Below are positions 1 through 12,033 of a stretch of DNA of 64,000 nt, piece after piece (position 1 is the first letter of the stretch; each line of letters opens with the position of its first letter). The translations under genes were made by a program, and so were the position numbers. Below the pieces are notes generated by a model. It was given only the letters and a program-made list of their open reading frames with translations. It did not search any database and had not been told where the DNA came from. This DNA is from Amphiscolops sp. MND2022. Taxonomy: Eukaryota. The stretch covers positions 18,416,001 through 18,480,000 of the forward strand of contig OZ076409.1 in NCBI GenBank assembly GCA_964187785.1, written 5' to 3'.

Positions 1-6
1 CGGCAT

Positions 7-758
7 GGGTACAAGACATATTGCTTAATTCCATATTGCTTAATGCCATATTGCTTAAATTTGTGGACATATTGCTTAATAATTTTTAGGCAATATGGAT
101 AATGCCATATTGCTTAATTTTGTGGACATATTGCTTAATAATTTTTAAGCAATATGGATGTGTTTTCACATTGAGTAATGAGTGATGAATCGAGCAATGC
201 GTCGGATCTAAGTGACACTTATAACACGTGCCTCGGGTATGTCCCCATTTCCTCTAGTGGCCCGCGGCCCCTTGGGGCCGCTTATATTCCCATCTTGCTA
301 AGCGAGGTCGAACAGGAGCAAAGACCTAGCGGGAACGGAGATCGCGAAGCGACCGTAGTGGGAGCTGGTCTTTGCGACGGTGAGGGCGAGCGTGCATACA
401 TCGCATATGCCCCACATTATATTTTCGCTTTCAGAACACATATTAGATCATAAAGGCGTTAGACCTAAGTATTTTAGATAAAATTAGATCTGAAAGTTAG
501 ACCTACCGTTGAATCTAATTCCATACGACACATATCATACTCAGAACACATCTTAGATCATAAGACCTATTAGATCATATTAGACCTAAGGTCCATATTG
601 TACTGTACTAGGTCCATATTGCTTAAAATGATGTCCATATTGCTTAAAATGATGTCCATATTGCTTAAAATGATGTCCATATTGCTTTAAAAATTTTAAA
701 CAATTCGTACATGGTCGATTTTTAAGCAATATGGCATTAAGCAATATGACTTGAAGCC
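7..758. mobile_element. Non-autonomous foldback/MULE-like MITE, type A (ATATTGCTTAA terminal arrays), carrying the shared GC-rich core at ~222-418
   Basis: Left end GGGTACAAGACATATTGCTTAA matches the reverse complement of the right end, GGCTTCAAGTCATATTGCTTAA. Tandem (CC)ATATTGCTTAA motifs occur at both ends. Flank CGGCAT (1-6, cut by the window edge) recurs as TTTCGGCAT (759-767), consistent with a 9-bp TSD. Confidence 0.75.
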
Positions 759-836
759 TTTCGGCATGTTTTTTTGCCGAAACGTCCGCCGCCATGTTTT
801 TGCCGAAACGTCTTTTGCCGAAACGTCCGGAATCCC
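759..836. mobile_element. Right end of a type C MITE (GCCGAAACGTC arrays), host of the type A insertion
   Basis: Three GCCGAAACGTC motifs ending ...CCGGAATCCC. This is the reverse complement of the GGGTTCCGGACGTTTCGGC terminus of the element at 13875-14444. Confidence 0.7.
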
Positions 837-873
837 TTGGCGAAGGGAGCAAACCGACCGAGTCATACAACAA

Positions 874-1115
874 GGTAAATGGTCACTTGGCTTAATGCCA
901 TTTGGCTTGAAGTCATTTGGCTTAATACAATTGGTCACTTGGCTGAATTTTTTTAAGCTAAGTGTCTCGGGTATTGGTCACTTGGCGCAAAGTCATTTGA
1001 CTTAAAACCACTTAGTTGAAAACACGTGGCAGATTTTGTCGAATTTATCTTTATTACGTAGTCAGCGTATTATTATAACATGTCATATCAAGTACCCCTC
1101 GGATATGTCCCCATT
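874..1115 (+). mobile_element. Left arm of a type D MITE (CA(C/T)TTGGCTTAA arrays), truncated inside the shared core
   Basis: Starts GGTAAATGGTCACTTGGCTTAA, has repeated CATTTGGCTT/CACTTGGC motifs, and ends in CCTCGGATATGTCCCCATT, the first part of the shared core. Confidence 0.55.
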
Positions 1116-1325
1116 GGTTGTGATAAACTTGTTGTGATAAACTTGTTGAATAGTTTCAGACTTTTGATTGAATTGATTGATCTTCATCACATCACTGGAA
1201 GCGTTGTGCAGGACCGATCAAGGCTTTCGGGGGATCTGTGGCTCTTCTGTTGGCTTTTCTCACCAATTGGGTGGACCTATCTAGACAATTCTGTTAGTTT
1301 GTTCCAATTTCCTTATGTGATTCCT

Positions 1326-1949
1326 ATGGTTTATATAGTTGGAGCTAGCTCATTACACGTAACAGTAGAATCAACTACTTACAAATTCAGAAAAACTATT
1401 CGGAACTTCATTACCGCAATACCAGGTCTCAGTTTCTGTCACAACTCGAGACTGAAAAATTTGCAGCATCTTCTATCTCAAGGAAAACTGAAATATCAAC
1501 ATAACCTGCTCCTCTGGCACGACCTGATAAATAATACTTTATCCCCACATTCAAGCAACAATCATAAACCCTGGACCCCTCAGCAACTAGTTACGGCATT
1601 AAAACAGCAAAGTCATCGAATAACTGCAGTCATTTACTGCAGAAGATTTGGGACTGCAGATATCTTTAACCAATTACTGGCTACTGATATGCTTATAATC
1701 CGGGCTGATAAACACCTTCTATCTAACAGAAAGAGGAACAATCATTGGATTAAAACGCAACTTGCAGAAGTGCATCTCTGGGTCCGCATTGAACTGAACT
1801 TGCTACACACGGTTTTACAGCGGAGCAAAAAGCTGCAGTCAATAGTTATTCAAAACCGCTCCAGAACCAGAAAACGTAAATCCAAGAACAGATCCACTTC
1901 CGCGAGAAGGAGGAACAAAAAAGCGAAACAGGAATCTCTAACTGGGTAG
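1326..1949 (+). CDS. SGNH/GDSL-hydrolase-like protein with a basic C-terminal tail (probably element-encoded)
   Basis: From ATG 1326: VYIVGASSL (block I-like), AIPGLS (block II-like), LLWHDLINN (block III-like), EVHL (block V-like), then RSRTRKRKSKNRSTSARRRNKK. Intronless and embedded among transposons. The motifs are divergent, so the fold call is tentative. Confidence 0.5.
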   Translation: MVYIVGASSLHVTVESTTYKFRKTIRNFITAIPGLSFCHNSRLKNLQHLLSQGKLKYQHNLLLWHDLINNTLSPHSSNNHKPWTPQQLVTALKQQSHRITAVIYCRRFGTADIFNQLLATDMLIIRADKHLLSNRKRNNHWIKTQLAEVHLWVRIELNLLHTVLQRSKKLQSIVIQNRSRTRKRKSKNRSTSARRRNKKAKQESLTG

Positions 1950-3137
1950 CTATTTGAGCCTTTGTTGGTTTGGAGCGGCCCGGGGCGAGTAACCTGCTTG
2001 CTTTGAATCAAAAATGACTGGCACACGCAGTAGAAATCAATCCACCTCGGACGAAAAATGTCCGCAGTGCAAAAGTAAGGTAGCTGAAAAAGAAAAGAAC
2101 TCAATTCTTTGCAACGGTTGTTTTGAATGGTGGCACGGGACATGTGGAGGAATAGAAGTGAAAGATTTGGCAATATTGGCGAAGTACTCGGCTGTGCACT
2201 GGTACTGTCCCAAATGTGAAAACGACACTTTGCAAAAACAAGGTATGACCATCATGAAGTCCTTAAAAACGTTAAATCAATGGTATAATAATAAAAGTGA
2301 AATTCGCAAACAGGAAACTGATCTATTGATGTCAATTAAAACTGATATCGAAATCATCAAGGAAAAAACCCCCTCAGGAAACACCTATGCAGAGAAATCG
2401 CCCGAAAACCTTCGCCCTCTACGAGACAACAAACACCTCGAAACAAAGAGAAAGACTTGAGTACCATATTGATTGTCAGTGGCAATCAAAAGTATCGAGA
2501 TAGCATTGAAATTAAAAGGGCATTTTCAAAAATTTTTCCTATGAAAAAATTGATTGTAGCATTCAATACTGCTCGGGGAAACATTCACTTAAAATTCTTG
2601 AACTCTCAAGAGCCTGACGAGGTGTTCTCCAACTGGAAAGCTGATTATCTTGGAACGAAAACCAGTATACGAAAAGCTAGCGCTAGAGATGAGCAGAGAA
2701 ACGCTGTCATAAAAGGTGTTCCGAAAGAGATAGAAGAGGTTCATATTACTGAAATTCTCCAGAAGAAGTATCCTGGGATCTATGTGAAAAGATTCGTAAA
2801 AGCGGATGGAACAATTCTGCAGACAGTGAAACTGACCTTCCAGTCAGAGCTTCAATACAACAATGCACTATCTGAGGGACTCTTTTTGGATTCCGTTTAC
2901 TACCAGCCATATGCATTTGTTCAGAGAGGCATAAGATTCATTCGATGTTACAACTGCCAAAAATTCAGTCACCTTAGCGGAAACTGCCACTCCAAAACAG
3001 CCTGAATAAAAACTGTCCGAATAAATAATTAGAAAGCAAATGTATGAATTGCAAAGGGACTCACGATGCGGATTCACTTGTGTGCCCAACTTACATTAAA
3101 CAAAAACAAGTGGTTTATGACGCTCGAGGGCTAACTG

Positions 3138-5303
3138 ATGAAAATCATGATGGATGGCATGATGGCTCCTGAAAGGAGAATATCATTCTTACAGATCAAC
3201 ATTTGCGGCTTGAGTAATCACAGTAAAATTGCAATTGATGCATATCTTGAAAAACATAAACCAGATGTGGTTTTCTTGAATGAAACGAAACAACAAATTC
3301 CTGATAATGCCTTTACCAATTATACAACTCTCAGTAGTACTCCAAAGAAATCGACAGGCGGGGTTTCGTTGTTGTTTCGTAACGATGTGGCGTATGCTCA
3401 AATAGAGGAATTAGAGACCAAAAACAATGACTATATTGTGGCTGCAGCTAATGTCCGCGGCCTAAAATTACTAACTACGACTGCTTATGTAAAACCTGAT
3501 GACAAAGGTGAACTACTAGAACTCATAAAAAGACTTGAAGCCTGTAAAGTCTACGCAGATACAAATCACATGGAAGGTGTCCTTTTCTTCGGCGACTGCA
3601 ACGCCAGACACTTATACTGGGGTGATCAGAAGTGCAATGCACTTGGAAATGAGTTAATCAGCCACGTACCAACTTATACTATTTTGAACGATGGCCAACC
3701 TACTTTCCTCTCAATCAACGGTCAAAGTGTAATAGATCTTTGCATTTGCTATGGAAACTTCATTAACCAATACAAATGCTCGGTTACAACTGATGAAGAT
3801 ACAGAACTATTCACTGGAGCACCCTCCAGGGGCCACCTGCCTGTGCTAGTTTCTCTTGTCGAGTCGAAAAGTGGTTATTTCAAGGAGAAGCCGTGGATTG
3901 AGAAAGCAATGTGGGATGACTGGCGCGCACATCTAGAAACTGAAATGCTCGACTGGACAACTTCAGATAATGCTCTGGAAATGTGGGAGTTTTTCAAGAA
4001 CTCTTTAAGGGAGATCACACTACTTTTCATTCCTTTCAAAAAAGTTACCCAACATAGTAAACCATTTTGGTGCACCGAGTTAACTATAGCCAGTAAAGAG
4101 CTCAAGCAGCTGCGTCGGAACTTCCGATACAAGTCCAATTATGCAAATTTAGAAAAACTAGCAGAAGCGAAAGAATTATTCAAACGACTACTCAGTGAAA
4201 AGGCGTCTGCCTGGATGAAAGACTACTTGAAGACACTGGGACACAAACGAGGCAAAGAATTTTGGGTATCGTACAATAAACTGTTCGCTGGAAGCAGTTC
4301 CCAAGTGGATCTCATCAAGAATAAACACGGGAAACTGCTGCTCTCAAAAAAAGATATTGCTCAAGAATTCCAAGAGACCTTCTTCGAAGGAAAACATCTG
4401 GAAACTCTCAACTTCGACGAGTCAATGTCAAGGACAGTCTCAGGTTATCTGGACTCGTTTGATGATGCTTCCGAGCATGTTTCGGAAGTTTTTCATGAAC
4501 CTTTCACAATGGAAGAACTAAACGAAGCAATGAAACAATCTTCTGATACAAACTCCTTTGACCCTGACGGGTTCCACGTCAAAATGATCAAAAACTTGGG
4601 AATCAATGCGAAAACTCTTCTGTTGGAGATTTTTAATACATGTTGGGAACATGCTGTATGGCCCTGGTCTTTATCACGAATTGTGTTTATCAGGAAGCCT
4701 AACAAAGATAGATATGACGAGTGTTCCAGCTATCGACCGCTATCAATCTCTAGTCATTTTGGAAAGCTCTTTGAGCGTATGCTGTGCAATAGAATAAATT
4801 ATTTCACGGGAACCGAGAACATTCTGGCGGACGAACAAGAAGGTTTCAGAAGTAAAAGAAACACAGTCAGATCTCTGTACAGGCTACATCTTAATCTGGA
4901 AAATTCTAAATTAATGAAAACACCGACCGCTCTACTCAACATTGACCACGAAAAGGCCTTTGACAGCGTGTGGATAGATGGCCTACTTTACAAACTCAAA
5001 CATTACAAAATAAACGGTAAAATGATCTGCATTTTACGAACCTTTTTGAAGAACCGAGAAGCATTCATTGAGTTATCTGACTTCCGTTCATCTATGTCCA
5101 AAATAGACATTGGTGTCCCTCAGGGCAGTGTCTTGTCACCACTTTTGTTTGTAATTTTCTTGAACGATTTTCTGAGTGAGGAACCGTGTCACTACAAGTT
5201 CGCCGACGACAGTGCTATTTTGATTCAAGGCTGCAATGAAAATGATATCTCCCAGAAACTCGAACACTCTTGCAGGGGGTTCGAACAGTGGTGCCGCAAA
5301 TGA
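3138..5303 (+). pseudogene. LINE ORF2 endonuclease/reverse transcriptase, main open segment (continues 5307-5769, 6857-7243 and 7601-7745)
   Basis: APE and RT motifs as above. Removing the MITE at 5770-6847 restores EVKFVIKAKRANDLVSNTH, which aligns with IEIKLLIKSVNKDDLVTATH of the second LINE. Confidence 0.9.
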
Positions 5304-5769
5304 AGAATGGGAGTGAATGGCTCCAAGACAGAATTGATTGTTTTCAATGTGGAAAGAAACAACATAACTGCGCCGAGCCTGAACAATGAAGCGTGCACTA
5401 TCACAAAAGCTACAAAATCTCTCGGTCTCCTGATTGATGATAACCTGTGTTACAAAGACCACGCCGAAAAAATCTGTAACAAAGCTAAACGCAGCTGGGA
5501 TAACGCTTCTAGAATTTTGAGATGCAAATGGAGCTTGTCAATTCCAACGTTAATTTTCCTCTACACTACTATCATTGTACCGCAGCTCTTATATGCATCA
5601 GTAATATGGTTTGAAAGAAATAGAAGCTCAGTCATGAGAGTCCAGAATCATATCATCAAATCAATCTTTCGACATAGTTTTACTCCTACTATTAGCATCT
5701 GCGAAACGCTGCTAGGACTACCCCCTCTGGACATTTACAATGATGCCATAGAAGTCAAATTTGTCATCA

Positions 5770-6847
5770 TAGGGGCGGGAATAACGTCTAAGGAATAACG
5801 TCTAAAGGAATAACGTCTAAATTTTACTCATTTTTCAGGAATAACGTCTAAAGATTTAGACGTTTTTCCCGTTTTTTTAGATGTTATTCCCGATTTTGAA
5901 ATATTGTTCCTCGTGCTGAAAAATTCCTTCCCTTGCTCTAGTTTTCAGGAATGAACTATGAAATAATCGAAGGCCACGGAATACGAGCAAAAGTCTATGT
6001 GTCTGATGGGTATTTGTTCCTAAATCGAAAAAAACGTCCAAAATATCAAAAAACTATGCAAATACGTCCGAAAAAAGGAATAACGTAAAAAATCCAGAAA
6101 AACGCCCAAAATATCCGAAAGTCATCGAAATACGACTGAGAAGCGGGAAAAACAAATTGAATTGGAAAAAAATAAATTGTTTAAAATCTCAAACTAAAAA
6201 GTGATATAAAATATAAAACGTGCCTCGGATATGTCCCCATTCCTTCTAGTGCCCCGCGGCTCCTTGGGGCCGCTTATGTTCCCATCTTGCTAAGCGAGGT
6301 CGAACAGGAGCAAAGACCTAGCGGGAACGGAGATCGCGAAGCGATCGTAGTGGGAGCTGGTCTTTGCGACGGTGAGGGAGAGCGTGCATACACCGCATAT
6401 GCCCCACATTTTGATATTTTCGCTTTCAGAAAGCCTTTTTCGAAACAGGAATAACGTCTGAAACTTCAGACGCTAGTCTCAAAAAATGATTTATTTTAGA
6501 CGTTATTCCCGTTTTGTATTTAGATGTTGTTCCTCAGACGTTCTTCCCGCTGCCACGTATTTTGATGATTTTTTGACGTTTTAGACGTTTTTGCCAATTT
6601 TAGACGTTATTCCCGTTTTTCAGACGTATTTTGATCGTTTTTTGACATTTTAAACGTATGTCAGTTTTAGACGTTATTCCTCTTTTTAGACGTTATTCCT
6701 CTTTTTAGACGTTATTCCACTTTTTAGACGTTATTCCCGTTTTTTTAAACGTTATTCCCGTTCATTTCAGATTTACATGTTATTCCTTTAGACGTTATTC
6801 CCGGTGGACTTTTAGACGTTATTCCTTAGACGTTATTCCTGTTCCCC
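5770..6847. mobile_element. Foldback/MULE-like MITE, type B (GGAATAACGTCTAA arrays), with the shared core at ~6217-6410
   Basis: TSD TTGTCATCA at 5761-5769 and 6848-6856. Termini GGGGCGGGAATAACGTCTAA and (rc) GGGGAACAGGAATAACGTCTAA. Many tandem TTAGACGTTATTCC copies at 6500-6840. Confidence 0.85.
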
Positions 6848-7243
6848 TTGTCATCAAAGCCAAAAGAGCCAATGACTTGGTGAGTAATACCCACTCTCTT
6901 TACATCTCCAACCGAAGTAAAGCTGCAGCATTAGAAAGTAAGTTAAGTAAATTCAAAAAGTTCCTTGATGACGATACTCGGACAGAATACAACAAGCACG
7001 AAATAGATGAATTCATAGAAGAAAGTTGGATAAAGAGATGGAAGAACACCCAAAACAAAGGCCTCTTGCAATATCTCCCTAACACGCAACCACAGTTAAA
7101 CTCCTGTTGTCCTTTAACTATTGGAGATCCTTATGTTGTCAATAAAATTTGCGAATTAGTAATGGGAATTCCTTTGCTTTTGGCGAATATGCCTGGAACA
7201 TGTGGAAGTGATGAATCGCCAATGTGCATATGTGGAAAGTCAG

Positions 7244-7591
7244 GGGTGGGCGGAAGTAGGTCGAAGGAACGGGATCGAAAATCAGAGTTAGTCCTCAGGT
7301 CGACATACCAAATTTTTGAATGGGATCGAAACAACTCGGATCGAAATTTTTATTACGTAATCAGATATGTTCACTTACCCCTAGTGCCCTGAAAGCAGGA
7401 GCGAAGCGAAGCGGAGCGACGTGCCATATGGCCATGCCTCAATGTTGCTACTTGGCGAAGGGAGCGAAGCGACCGAGCCATACAACAAATACGATTAAAT
7501 TCGACCGCATTCCATTCGATCCTGCAATTCGATCAAAACGATCGACCTCTGTCCTTTCGACCAGAAAAATTCGACCTACTTACAGCCACCC
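7244..7591 (+). mobile_element. MULE-like MITE, type E (~350 bp, TCGA-rich arms, GCGAAGC-rich core)
   Basis: 9-bp TSD GAAAGTCAG at 7235-7243 and 7592-7600. TIRs GGGTGGGCGGAAGTAGGTCGAA and (rc) GGGTGGCTGTAAGTAGGTCGAA. Near-identical copy at 11613-11962. Confidence 0.9.
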
Positions 7592-7775
7592 GAAAGTCAG
7601 AAGACAATCTCTATATCACTATTTCTTCTGCTGTCCGCACTATAACGAGATACGCCCAGACATACAGAGCCTAAATTTAATGGAAGCGACTGGTTGTCAG
7701 AAACTCCGAGATTTCATAATGAATACAAATAAACTGAACTTATAGACTATTGACCTATCATTAACATCCTCCCGC

Positions 7776-7975
7776 NNNNNNNNNNNNNNNNNNNNNNNNN
7801 NNNNNNNNNNNNNNNNNNNNNNNNNNNNNNNNNNNNNNNNNNNNNNNNNNNNNNNNNNNNNNNNNNNNNNNNNNNNNNNNNNNNNNNNNNNNNNNNNNNN
7901 NNNNNNNNNNNNNNNNNNNNNNNNNNNNNNNNNNNNNNNNNNNNNNNNNNNNNNNNNNNNNNNNNNNNNNNNNNN
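7776..7975. other. Assembly gap (200 N)
   Basis: Run of N. Confidence 1.
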
Positions 7976-10930
7976 GATAAGTGTCCGAATCGACGAGAGC
8001 GCTGATGGTAGGACAGTTTCCCAGTCAGTTAGTGGGAGGTTTGTGGAGTGTAGCAGGCACTGAACTGCTTTCCACACAATTCCGTTGTAGCGCTCGTTTT
8101 GGCCATTGCCCTGAGGGTGGTGAGGCGTAGTTTTGGAGGTCGCAACTCCATTTTGGCGGCAGAAGTTTTGGAATTCCGATGAGACGAACTGTGTGCCCCG
8201 GTCAGAGTGAATGAACCCAGGTGTTCCGAAGATAGCGAAAAGTGTTGAAAGACACTTGATGACGCTACTAGACGTGATGTTCCGGAGAGGGAAGGCGAAG
8301 GGAAACCTACTAAACTCATCCACCACTGTGAGAAGGTATTGGTTTTTGTTTCTAAACATTGGTTTGGGGCCAACAATGTCGATTGATAGTCGCTCCCAAG
8401 GTTTGGAGGATCGAATAAGATCGCTGCCGGGGGGTCGCAAAAAGCGTGGTTTCCATAGAGCCTACGTTTTGCAGTTTTCGGTAACCCTTTTTGCCTCATC
8501 TAAAGATATTGGGACTTTGTGTCTTTGAATGTATTCGTACAGTCGGGTCTCTCCTGGATGCGCAAGTGTCTCGTGTAGGGTTTTACAGCTGGGCTGTAGG
8601 GACGCTAATTGAGACAGGGCGTCAGCTGACAAGTTCTGACAACCTCTCTGGTAGCTTATCTCAAAGTTGTATTCCGAAAGTTCCAGGCGCCAGCGAATCA
8701 GCTCGTCATTCTTTACTCTGGAAGAGTTGGGTCCAAATATGAAAGAGAGGGCCATTTGATCGGTGCGAACTAGAACCCGTGACGTCCGTAACAGGTCTGA
8801 GAAACGGCGGAAGCCATCCAAGATAGCCATAGCTTCCCGTTCAACCACCGAGTACGCCATTTCGCTATGTTTAAGAGTTCTCGAGAAGAAACCGACAGGT
8901 TTGTCGTTTTGAGTGAGTGTCGCTCCGATTCCGTTTCCGAATGCATCGGTTTGGAGAACGAGAGGCTCGTTTGCCCGGGGCAGCCAGAGTACGGCAGAGG
9001 TAACTTCTTTCTTGAGAGTTGCTGTAGCCAGCCGAGAAGCTTGATTGAGCGGAAAGGCCAGTTGTTTCTGTGCTGCGAGCAGGGGAGCAACCTTATTAGA
9101 GTAGTCTGCAATCCACTTTGCGTTGTACGCAAAGAACCTAAAAGGCGTTTCAACTGTGACGAGTTTTCGGAGATAGGGAAATCCATCAGTGTCTTGATTC
9201 GGCTCGGATCGGGGCGTTTAGACTCAGCTCCCTCGTTGTGACCGAGCATTGGTACTGTCTTACAGCCAAAAACGCACTTAGCTTTGTTCAGTGTCAGACC
9301 CTCAATCTCGGCCGCTTTCAGGAAGTTCTTCAGATTTTCTTGGTGTTCCTCCTCGGATCTGCCTCCGATGATCACATCGTCAAGATATGGGTGCCGTTCG
9401 CTTCAGGTTGTGCCGGCGTACAAAGGCTGTCATTTCTCGTTGAAATGCGGCTACAGCGTTCGACGCCGAAGGGAAGTCTTGTGAACTCAAAAAGTCGTCC
9501 GTTCACTTCAAACGCGGTGAATGACATGTCCTTGCGATGGAGGGGGATTTGATGATACGCAGACTTCAAATCGATTTTCGAAAATATAGTGTTCTCGGCT
9601 GCTTGGTCAAGCAGATCTTGCATATTTGGAAAGAGGAAGGCGTCCTTGGACGTATGACGATTAATTTTCTGAGAATAGTCGATCACCATCCATGGCTTGG
9701 GTCCGTCCCTAACGACAAAGGCTTGAGCCCGCCAGCAGGGAGACGTGGAAACTTGGATTATGCCTTCAGCGAGCATTCGGTTAACTTCTCACTCCATGAA
9801 GGCGACGTCTTGCGGTTTGTGACCACGCGATTTTGTAGCAATCGGTTTGGCACTATAAACTGTTTTGGAAAGTATGGTCGGAGGGGCAATTTTCATCGCC
9901 GGGAACTCCAATTCCTTGAGCCAGGCAGATATAACCGTCTCTGGTCGATCACCGCCTAATTCCAGTCTCACAGAGTGATGTTGTCGGAGAACGTCAAGCC
10001 CGAGATTAACTACCGCTACGAGGTGTTTTGCGACAGTGAAGAGAACTTGGTAGGTCTTTTGGTTTACCTCAATTTTAACTTTAGCGGTGCCTGGCGTAAT
10101 CAGAGAGTCGCTATTTGCCAAGGCAGTGACCTTGCGCTTCGCGCGGACATTCACGCCATATTCGGCAGCTGTTGAGGCGCTGATAAAGGAGCCCGTGGAC
10201 CCGGTATCAATCATTGCTTGAACTTGTTCATTGCTTCCGGCAAGTTTGAGGCTGACATTCAGAGTGGCAGGGGATATGCCAGTACCGCACAAAACAGCGG
10301 CAGTCTCGGGTTCATCATCAGATGACTGTTGTAAGACAGCAGCGGTCGATCTACATACCGAAGCCCAGTGTCCTGCTTTCGAGCATTTGTGACAGGTGTC
10401 CTTTTCGGCTGGGCACTTTGAGCGTGGATACTGTTTCAGACCGCAGAACTGACAGCGTGGACGAGGCTTGTTCGAAACCTGTTGGGCAGCGGAGTTGTTG
10501 GGCCAATCAGGTTGCCGTCGAGTTGTCTGGGAGAACGGCTTGGTCGCTGCTACAGTTGAAGATTCGGCACTTCTGAAAGATTTGAAAAAATCACTGGATT
10601 GTTCGATAGCAGAAGCAAGCGATATGCAGCTATCAATGTCGGCCTTGGAGTCTTCCAGTTCCAATAGTCTTGCCCGAATGTCGTCAGACCTGAGCCCTGA
10701 TATTAAAGCGTCTCGTACTAGATAGTCTTTTGTGCTTGGACGGTCAAGCTGGTGCATTCGCAGTCTTCAACCAGACGTTTCAGCCTTCCTGAAAATTGTA
10801 CGATAGATTCGTCGTCCTTTTGACTGGCACTGAGCCTTTGATGACGGGCAAAGAGCACTCTCGTGGGCTTCAGAAACTGTCTGTCCAATGTTCTCAGGGC
10901 GTCAGAAGAGGGAATACAGCGCATAGACAA
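7976..10930 (-). mobile_element. Ty3/Gypsy LTR retrotransposon internal region (gag-PR-RT-RH-IN), frameshifted and 5'-truncated
   Basis: Gag knuckle CHKCSKAGHWASVC; protease IDTGS; RT KIDLKSAYHQI, LPFG, PYLDDV; RNase H YSVVEREAMAI...RTDQ; integrase HETLAHPG..CKT, DIVGP, SDRGTQF, GQNER. Domain order RT-RH-IN is Gypsy-type. Confidence 0.9.
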
Positions 10931-10932
10931 AT

Positions 10933-11058
10933 GCTACGAGGAACTTAAGAAAGTACCGTTGTAGCAGAATCAGGCGGTAGCTACGAGGAACTTAAGGAAG
11001 TACCGTAGTAGCGGAATGGTCGATAGCTACGAGGAACTTAAAGAAGTACCGTAGTAGC
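10933..11058. repeat. Three 33-bp hairpin-forming direct repeats separated by 14- and 13-nt non-identical spacers
   Basis: GCTACGAGGAACTTAARRAAGTACCGTWGTAGC at 10933-10965, 10980-11012 and 11026-11058. Spacers are AGAATCAGGCGGTA and GGAATGGTCGATA. Confidence 0.9.
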
Positions 11059-12027
11059 TCAAATAGGAAAGTCGCATACCTGAAGACAGGTTCAGCCTAC
11101 GTGACTTAGCGCGGGCAGGCGCAATGACCTCGAGGGCACTCGTATGTTCGGGGGTGACCTTGTTTGTCTGGGGGCAGAAGGCTTTCCGAAGTACTCGATT
11201 CTTCAAGATGGAGCGAATTCCACTAATGGCCCTAGGCTCTAGGTGGATGTCGTCTCGGGTAGTGTGTTTTTCGACGCTGTAGATGCTTCGAGATATGCCT
11301 CTGTAAGGCCAACGGTGATCGTTGTTGTCTTCTAGGAGTCGATTGAAGACCTTGGCCTGGTCAGGAATGTCTAGCCGAGGAGGAACCGCAATAACGAAGA
11401 CTCTGAGTGCAACTTCAGATGCTGCTACGGCAAGGTCAGAGATGTTCCTGGCAATAGTTCGAGTGTTGTCGGTTGGTAAGTCGTTGCCTCCGATGAAGAG
11501 TACAATCAGATCAAACCGACCTTTCGCAGGTAAGAAAAGTCTCACGTCTCCAACTCGGGCCCCTGGTAGGACGAGAATATTGAAGTTAGGGAACGTCAGG
11601 TTCCTTCCTTGTGGGTGGCTGTAAATAGGTCGTATTTTTCTGGTCGAAAGGACAGAGGTCGAACCTTTTGATCGAATTGCAGGGATCGAATGGAAAGCGG
11701 TCGAATTTTATCGTAATTGTTGTATGGCTCGGTCGCTTCGCTCCCTTCGCCAAGTAGCAACATTGAGGCATGGCCATATGGCACGTCGCTCCGCTTCGCT
11801 TCGCTCCTGCATTCAGGGCACTAGGGGTATGTGAACATATCAGACTACGTTATAAAAATTTCGATCCGAGTTGTTTCGATCCCATTCAAAAAATTTGGTA
11901 TGTCGACATGGGGACTAACTCTGATTTTTGGTCCCGTTCCTTCGACTTACTTCCGCCCACCCCTTCCTTGTGAATCAGTAATAATCAGGTTACGAGTGGG
12001 CGAGGTCTTGAAGAGGTGATAACGCAT
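11027..12027 (-). pseudogene. SGNH/GDSL esterase ORF split by a type E MITE
   Basis: Excising 11613-11962 plus one TSD copy gives an in-frame MRYHLFKTSPTRNLIITDSQGRNLTFPNFNILVLPGARVGDVRLFLPAKGRFDLIVLFIGGND...RDDIHL. All four SGNH blocks are present (TDS, PGA, GGND, DDIH). Confidence 0.8.
11613..11962 (-). mobile_element. MULE-like MITE, type E (second full copy)
   Basis: 9-bp TSD CTTCCTTGT at 11604-11612 and 11963-11971. Reverse-complement match to 7244-7591. Confidence 0.9.
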
Positions 12028-12033
12028 GAGGAG

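Larger units (their letters stand above)
2014..7745 (+). mobile_element. Non-LTR retrotransposon (LINE, I/Jockey-group-like): ORF1 with PHD + CCHC knuckles, ORF2 APE-RT-CCHC; inactivated and interrupted by two MITEs
   Basis: ORF1 (frameshifted, 2014-~3170) has a PHD finger CPQC...CNGCFEWWHGTC...WYCPKC and the knuckle CYNCQKFSHLSGNC. ORF2 has APE motifs (QINICG, LNETK, GDCNA, SVIDL, GHLP) and RT motifs (YRPLS, QEGFR, KAFDSVW, GVPQGSVLSP, FADD). There is a TGG>TGA nonsense change at 5301-5303, and a C-terminal CICG...YHYFFCC ending at TAG 7745. Confidence 0.9.

Noticed and set aside
178..453. ORFs over the shared MITE core (also 14027-14212) as a real protein
   Set aside because: Starts and ends differ between copies, and the copy at 6217-6410 gives no comparable ORF. 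The similarity is at the DNA level.
586..1005. Repetitive peptides (KQYGHHF, KPNDF, FAETS)
   Set aside because: These are translations of MITE terminal tandem arrays.
10933..11058. CRISPR array
   Set aside because: Only three repeats, spacers of 13-14 nt, no cas genes, and a eukaryotic context. Kept only as a hairpin repeat array.
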